DNA of 64,000 nt from an uncultured Bacillota bacterium (GTDB lineage Bacteria > Sysuimicrobiota > Sysuimicrobiia > Sysuimicrobiales > Segetimicrobiaceae). The position numbers and the translations under genes were made by a program. Positions 59,392 through 64,000 of the stretch are shown here, in pieces. The DNA lies in NCBI GenBank assembly GCA_963804645.1, contig CAWDRG010000020.1, positions 13,279 to 77,278 on the forward strand, written 5' to 3'. The number at the start of each line of letters is the position of its first letter. Position 1 is the first letter of the stretch. The notes under the pieces were generated by a model. That model saw only the letters and a list, made by a program, of their open reading frames with translations, had not been told where the DNA came from and ran no database searches.

Positions 59392-60297
59392 TTGGCCATC
59401 TCGCCGGCGGTGACCGACGTCGGAGTGCCGGCCGCCGATCGCCGGCGCTGGAGACGGTATTTTCTCGGCACGTGGAGCGGCGTCTGCGGCGCGATTCTCG
59501 TGGCCGTGGTGTGCCTGATGGCGGTGGCGGCGCCGTGGATTGCGCCGCACGACCCGATCCAACAGTACGACGACGGCCTGTCGGCACAGGGCGCGCCGCT
59601 CCCTCCGGGCGGCCGATTTCCCCTCGGGACCGACGATGTCGGCCGTGACGTCCTGAGCCGCCTTGTCTACGGCGCGAGGAGCTCCTTGGAATTCGCCGTC
59701 GTGTCCTCGGCGACCGTGACCGCGCTGGGGATGCTCTTCGGGGTCGCCGCAGGGTACTGCGGCGGTTGGTTGGACGAGCTGCTCATGCGGTTTACGGACG
59801 CCATCTTCGCGTTTCCGTTCCTCCTGCTCGTCATTTTCCTGCTCAGCGTCCTGCGCCACCCTGGCATCGGGACGCTGATCCTTGTAGTGGGGTTGACATT
59901 CTGGCCCGGGACCGCCCGCGTCGCGCGGGGCGAAACCCTGGTGGCCAAGTCGAAGGCGTTTGTCGAAGCGGAACGCGCCCTCGGGGCGTCGGACCTCCGC
60001 ATCGTCGGCCGTCACGTGGCGCCGAACGTGATCGCCCCGGTGATCGTGTTGACCGCCCTGCGCGTCGGCTACCTGGTCGTGGTGGAGTCCGGCCTCGCGT
60101 ACCTCGGCCTCGGCGTGCCGCCGCCCGCGCCGACATGGGGGGCCATGATCCATGCGGGCCAGGCGTACTTTGAGGTCGCGCCGTGGCTCATCCTCACACC
60201 GGGGGCCGCGCTGACCATCACGGTGCTGGGGTTCAATCTCCTAGGGGACGGGCTGAATGCCGCGCTCAATCCCCGTCAAGGCGCCGGAGTCGCCTGA
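59392..60297 (+). CDS. ABC permease DppC-like
   Basis: AGGAGG RBS + TTG; LGTDDVGRDV, FVEAERALG and PTWGAM. Confidence 0.9.
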   Translation: MAISPAVTDVGVPAADRRRWRRYFLGTWSGVCGAILVAVVCLMAVAAPWIAPHDPIQQYDDGLSAQGAPLPPGGRFPLGTDDVGRDVLSRLVYGARSSLEFAVVSSATVTALGMLFGVAAGYCGGWLDELLMRFTDAIFAFPFLLLVIFLLSVLRHPGIGTLILVVGLTFWPGTARVARGETLVAKSKAFVEAERALGASDLRIVGRHVAPNVIAPVIVLTALRVGYLVVVESGLAYLGLGVPPPAPTWGAMIHAGQAYFEVAPWLILTPGAALTITVLGFNLLGDGLNAALNPRQGAGVA

Positions 60298-60306
60298 GGG
60301 CCGCCT

Positions 60307-61236
60307 ATGACGCAATATGTCGTCCGGCGGTGTTTCTGGATGCTCGTCACCGTGGCCCTCGTGTCGGTCATTGTGTTCCTCGTGATCTTTCTGGTGCCGA
60401 TCAATCCCATCGACGCGATCGCCGGTGACAAGGCCACGCCGGCCGTGATGGCCGCGATCGAGAAATACTACGGCCTGGACCGGCCGATCTACGTGCAGTA
60501 CGGACTCTACCTGTGGCACGCGCTGCACGGCGACTTTGGGGTCAGTTATCAAACGAGCCAGCCGGTCGCCGTCGAGATCGGGCAGCGGTTCCCCGCCACC
60601 GCGGAGCTGGCGGCCGCCGCGTTCCTGTTGACCCTGGCCCTCGGCCTGGGCGCTGGCGTGGTCGCGGGCCTCCATCCCGGCGGGGCGGCCGACGCGACCC
60701 TGACGGTCTCGACGCTCTTGTTCAACTCGCTGCCCACATTCTGGCTCGGCACCGTGCTGCTCTATCTCTTGGGGTTCAAGCTGCCGCTCCTGCCGCTCGG
60801 CGGGTATGGGCAGGGCACGCACGTGCTGCACCTCATCCTGCCCGCGCTGACGCTTGCGCTGACCGAGCAGGCGATCTACGCGCGTCTCCTCCGCACCCAG
60901 GTCTTTGGGGTCCAGCACGAGGACTACGTCCGCACGGCGTGGGCCAAGGGGCTGTCCCGGCGCGCCGTGTATTTCCGGCACATCGTCCGTAATGCGCTCC
61001 TGCCGGTCGTGACGTTCGCCGGGGTCAACCTGGCGAATCTGCTGTCGGGTCTGATCCTCATCGAGACGGTGTTCGGGTGGCCCGGCATCGGGCTCCTTAC
61101 CTATCAGTCGCTCACCAGCTTCGATGTGCCGGTCATCATGGGGACCGCGCTGTTATCTGCGGTGCTCGTCGTACTCACGAATTTTGCGGTAGATTTAGTG
61201 TACATGGTACTCGATCCCCGCGTGGCGTACCACTAG
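60307..61236 (+). CDS. ABC permease DppB-like
   Basis: GLDRPIYVQY, YVRTAWAKG, ETVFGWPGIG and LDPRV. Confidence 0.92.
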   Translation: MTQYVVRRCFWMLVTVALVSVIVFLVIFLVPINPIDAIAGDKATPAVMAAIEKYYGLDRPIYVQYGLYLWHALHGDFGVSYQTSQPVAVEIGQRFPATAELAAAAFLLTLALGLGAGVVAGLHPGGAADATLTVSTLLFNSLPTFWLGTVLLYLLGFKLPLLPLGGYGQGTHVLHLILPALTLALTEQAIYARLLRTQVFGVQHEDYVRTAWAKGLSRRAVYFRHIVRNALLPVVTFAGVNLANLLSGLILIETVFGWPGIGLLTYQSLTSFDVPVIMGTALLSAVLVVLTNFAVDLVYMVLDPRVAYH

Positions 61237-61325
61237 ACGAAGCGGACGGCGGGATGCGGTGAGATTGGCGAGGTGCCTCGACGCACCTCCCCGAGGTAGC
61301 GGAACTCAAAGGAGTGTGACGGTAC

Positions 61326-62945
61326 ATGTGTAGACGATCGATCCTGGTCGCGATCGCAACAGGTACGCTTCTTGCGGGGCTCGTGAGCGGCTCCGCGTTG
61401 CAGTCTGCCGCGGTGAAGGCGGCGGCCGCCGGCGGACGAGCCGGTTTTTTCCGGATGGATCTCGCCCAGGAGCCGCCGTCCATGGACCCACAGGGGACGA
61501 CGCTCCCTGAGGCCCTCTTGTTAATGACCGCCATGTTCGACGGCCTGTTCACGTACCAGGTCGACCGCATGGAAGTGACCCCTAACCTGGCGTCGTCGTA
61601 CACGTGGTCGCCCGACGGGAAGGTCCTGACCGTCCACCTCAAGCCGGGCGTCCGCTTCAGCAACGGAGACCCGATGACGTCCGCCGACGTCAAGTTCACC
61701 ATCTTGCGGAATCTGCAACCGGCGGTCAAGTCTGCGTATGCGTCGGCCTACTACGACATCATCGGAGCGAAAGATTATTTTGACGGCAAAGCGACCGCCG
61801 TGTCCGGGATCGAGACGCCCGACGCGCAGACGATTATCTTCCGTCTTGAGGCACCGGAGGGATATTTCCTCAATATCCTCGCGCTCATGAGCTCGTTTGT
61901 GTCCGACCATCAGCTCAACACGGACGTGACCGCGATGGCCCGACATCCGATGGGCACCGGGCCGTTCAAGGTCGACTCCTGGCAGCCCAACGTCTCGATG
62001 AGCCTGGTGCGGAATCAATTCTACACGCGCTCGCCGACGCCCCAGATTACGCATATCGACATCACCTTCGGACCGACCCAGCAGACGCAGCTTGAGGCGT
62101 TCCAGCGCGGCGACGTGGACGCCATCTGGGGCCTCGGCCCTATCGATCCCTCTCTGTACCTGCAGATTCTGGCGACGCCTGAGCTGAAGCGCGATTATGT
62201 CTACTCGGACTCGCCGTGGCCGTACTTCATCCCGCTCAACCCGGACCTCGTGCCCGCACTGAAGGACGTGCGTGTGCGCCTGGCCATGAACTACGCCGTC
62301 GACAAGGAATACGTCGTGCGAAAAGGGCTCAACGGACGCGGCACGATCTTCGGCGGCGCCATTCCGCCTGGGATTCCCGGATACACGTCGAGCGTCAATC
62401 CGTATCCGTACGATCCGGCCAAGGCGAAGCAGCTCCTCGCGGAGGCGGGATGGACCCACGGATTTGACCTCGAGTTCATCGAGCACCCGGGCGATGAGCA
62501 CGTTCCGCAGATCATTCAGCAGGAACTGGCGGCCGTTGGGATCCGGGTGACGATCAAACAGGTGACATTCGCCCAATGGTTTGCGTTGCGGCGGGCCCAC
62601 AAGGTCCAGACCACCGACGCCGGATGGCTGATGGATTACCCGGATGCGCAGGACTATCTGTATTATCTGCTGGACAGTCACAGCCCGTTCAACGTCTACG
62701 GCTACCGGAACCCGAAGTTCGACGCGCTGGTCGAACAGGCCGACGCCATGACCAACCAGACCGAACGGATCAAACTGTATCAGCAGGCGAACGCGATCGC
62801 GGTGCAGGATGCGCCGTGGATCTTCATGTACAACCAGCGGACCGACGCCCTGTACCAACAGTGGGTGCAGCCTCGGGACGTCAACGTGCTGCTGAACCCG
62901 GTGCTGGGATTTCTGTGGAATACAGCGCGGGTCGAGAATCACTAG
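61326..62945 (+). CDS. ABC transporter substrate-binding protein, family 5 (canonical order)
   Basis: SMDP, GVRFSNGDPMTSADV, GTGPF, YDPAKAKQLLAEAG and DAPWIF. Confidence 0.92.
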   Translation: MCRRSILVAIATGTLLAGLVSGSALQSAAVKAAAAGGRAGFFRMDLAQEPPSMDPQGTTLPEALLLMTAMFDGLFTYQVDRMEVTPNLASSYTWSPDGKVLTVHLKPGVRFSNGDPMTSADVKFTILRNLQPAVKSAYASAYYDIIGAKDYFDGKATAVSGIETPDAQTIIFRLEAPEGYFLNILALMSSFVSDHQLNTDVTAMARHPMGTGPFKVDSWQPNVSMSLVRNQFYTRSPTPQITHIDITFGPTQQTQLEAFQRGDVDAIWGLGPIDPSLYLQILATPELKRDYVYSDSPWPYFIPLNPDLVPALKDVRVRLAMNYAVDKEYVVRKGLNGRGTIFGGAIPPGIPGYTSSVNPYPYDPAKAKQLLAEAGWTHGFDLEFIEHPGDEHVPQIIQQELAAVGIRVTIKQVTFAQWFALRRAHKVQTTDAGWLMDYPDAQDYLYYLLDSHSPFNVYGYRNPKFDALVEQADAMTNQTERIKLYQQANAIAVQDAPWIFMYNQRTDALYQQWVQPRDVNVLLNPVLGFLWNTARVENH

Positions 62946-63179
62946 CGACCCGATCCTGCCGCCGCAAACGACGAAGGTGGGCGGCGCCGGTGTGACGGCT
63001 TCGTGAGAGAGATAGGATTTCATTCGAGCAGGGCAGGCTGCGACCGACTGGGGTCAGACGCGCGTCACCACATCAACGCAGCCGCGGTCCTTGACGCGTG
63101 TGCATCGCGCACGACCTTGCGCGGCGTGGAGTTCGACGTCGCCTCGATGACGCGGGCCGAGGCGTGAGGGGGGCAGGCG

Positions 63180-63872
63180 ATGGCGATCTGGGATGATGTG
63201 ATCCCGAGAGAAGAACAAGACCTGTACGAACGCGGAGGGTGGGGCGGACGTGTCGGCTTCGGCCGCCGGCCGGCCCTGCTGGTCGTGGATATGTACGCCG
63301 CGTTCGTGGATCCAGCGTATCCGTTCAGCAGTCCATCCGCGCCAGCAACCGTCCGGGCGATCCAACAGGTGCTCGCGGCCGCCCGGACGGCTGGGTGCCC
63401 GGTGTTCTTTTCGAAAGCGCGTTCGCGATCAATTCCGGCAGAACGCGGCCGGTGGAAGACTGCCGGAACCGGCCAGCCGGTGATGGCGCATCCGGCGGCG
63501 TACGAAATTGTCCCGGACCTGCAGCCGCTGGCCGGCGAGTCGGTCGTCGTCAAAGCCGCTCCGAGCGCATTCGTCGGCACGGACCTGGTGAGCTACTTGA
63601 TCTTTCACCACGTGGATACCGTGATCGTCACCGGGACGGTCACGAGCGGGTGCGTCCGTGACACGGCACTCGACGCGTTCGGCTACAACTTTCGCGTCAT
63701 CGTGCCGGTCGAGTGCGTCTGTGATCGGGGCATCACATCGCACAAAGTCACACTCTTTGACATTCACATGAAGTACGGTGATGTGGTCCCGATGGAAGAG
63801 GTCTTGAGGTACCTGGGGACCATCCATCACGGGGAACAGGAGCGTGCCACAACGGCTCGTGTTGGCGGTTGA
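63180..63872 (+). CDS. Isochorismatase-family cysteine hydrolase (maleamate/N-carbamoylsarcosine amidase-like)
   Basis: GFGRRPALLVVD, K..PSAF and TSGCVR (Asp-Lys-Cys triad); KYGDV. Confidence 0.9.
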   Translation: MAIWDDVIPREEQDLYERGGWGGRVGFGRRPALLVVDMYAAFVDPAYPFSSPSAPATVRAIQQVLAAARTAGCPVFFSKARSRSIPAERGRWKTAGTGQPVMAHPAAYEIVPDLQPLAGESVVVKAAPSAFVGTDLVSYLIFHHVDTVIVTGTVTSGCVRDTALDAFGYNFRVIVPVECVCDRGITSHKVTLFDIHMKYGDVVPMEEVLRYLGTIHHGEQERATTARVGG

Positions 63873-64000
63873 TCCCACGGATGCGATTCGGTCGTCGCCG
63901 ACCGACCGCGAGGGCCGTGCTCACTGACCGACTCGATCCGTTTAGGCGCCACGCCGCGGCCGCCGCGGAATGGCTACGCAAGAAGGTCTCAGCCCGTTGC

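Noticed and set aside
1..64000. CRISPR arrays, rRNA, transposases, integrases, defence systems
   Set aside because: No regularly spaced repeats or recognisable motifs were seen by eye; a tool-based scan could still find weak cases.

Overview
High-GC bacterial chromosome segment, mostly ordinary metabolic, transport and stress genes. The gene content is rich in family-5 (Opp/Dpp-type) ABC transporters and resembles that of a soil bacterium; taxonomy cannot be fixed from the sequence alone. Main blocks: (1) a broken SDR, hypothetical proteins and mscL; (2) an enolase-superfamily / ABC acid-catabolism operon (4.5-11.2 kb); (3) a potassium locus with a complete kdpFABC-kdpE operon lacking kdpD, a standalone USP protein, and a second, divergently transcribed kdpA with a remodelled selectivity filter. 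All three units of this locus are preceded by the same four-box promoter; (4) a LuxR-DUF1059-methyltransferase module; (5) a compositionally different patch at 25.7-27.5 kb; (6) assorted enzymes and transporters, including a split FluG/NodGS-like pair; (7) an ABC cluster at 52.5-56.0 kb whose substrate-binding protein is circularly permuted relative to normal DppA/OppA. This cluster carries several single-base indels that look like long-read errors; (8) a cupin / M24 / Ldh2 / ABC / isochorismatase catabolic cluster. I found no tRNA, rRNA, CRISPR array, integrase or transposase. The best novelty candidates are the circularly permuted binding protein and the filter-altered, apparently co-regulated KdpA paralogue. 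Start codons were chosen by eye from RBS and family context.
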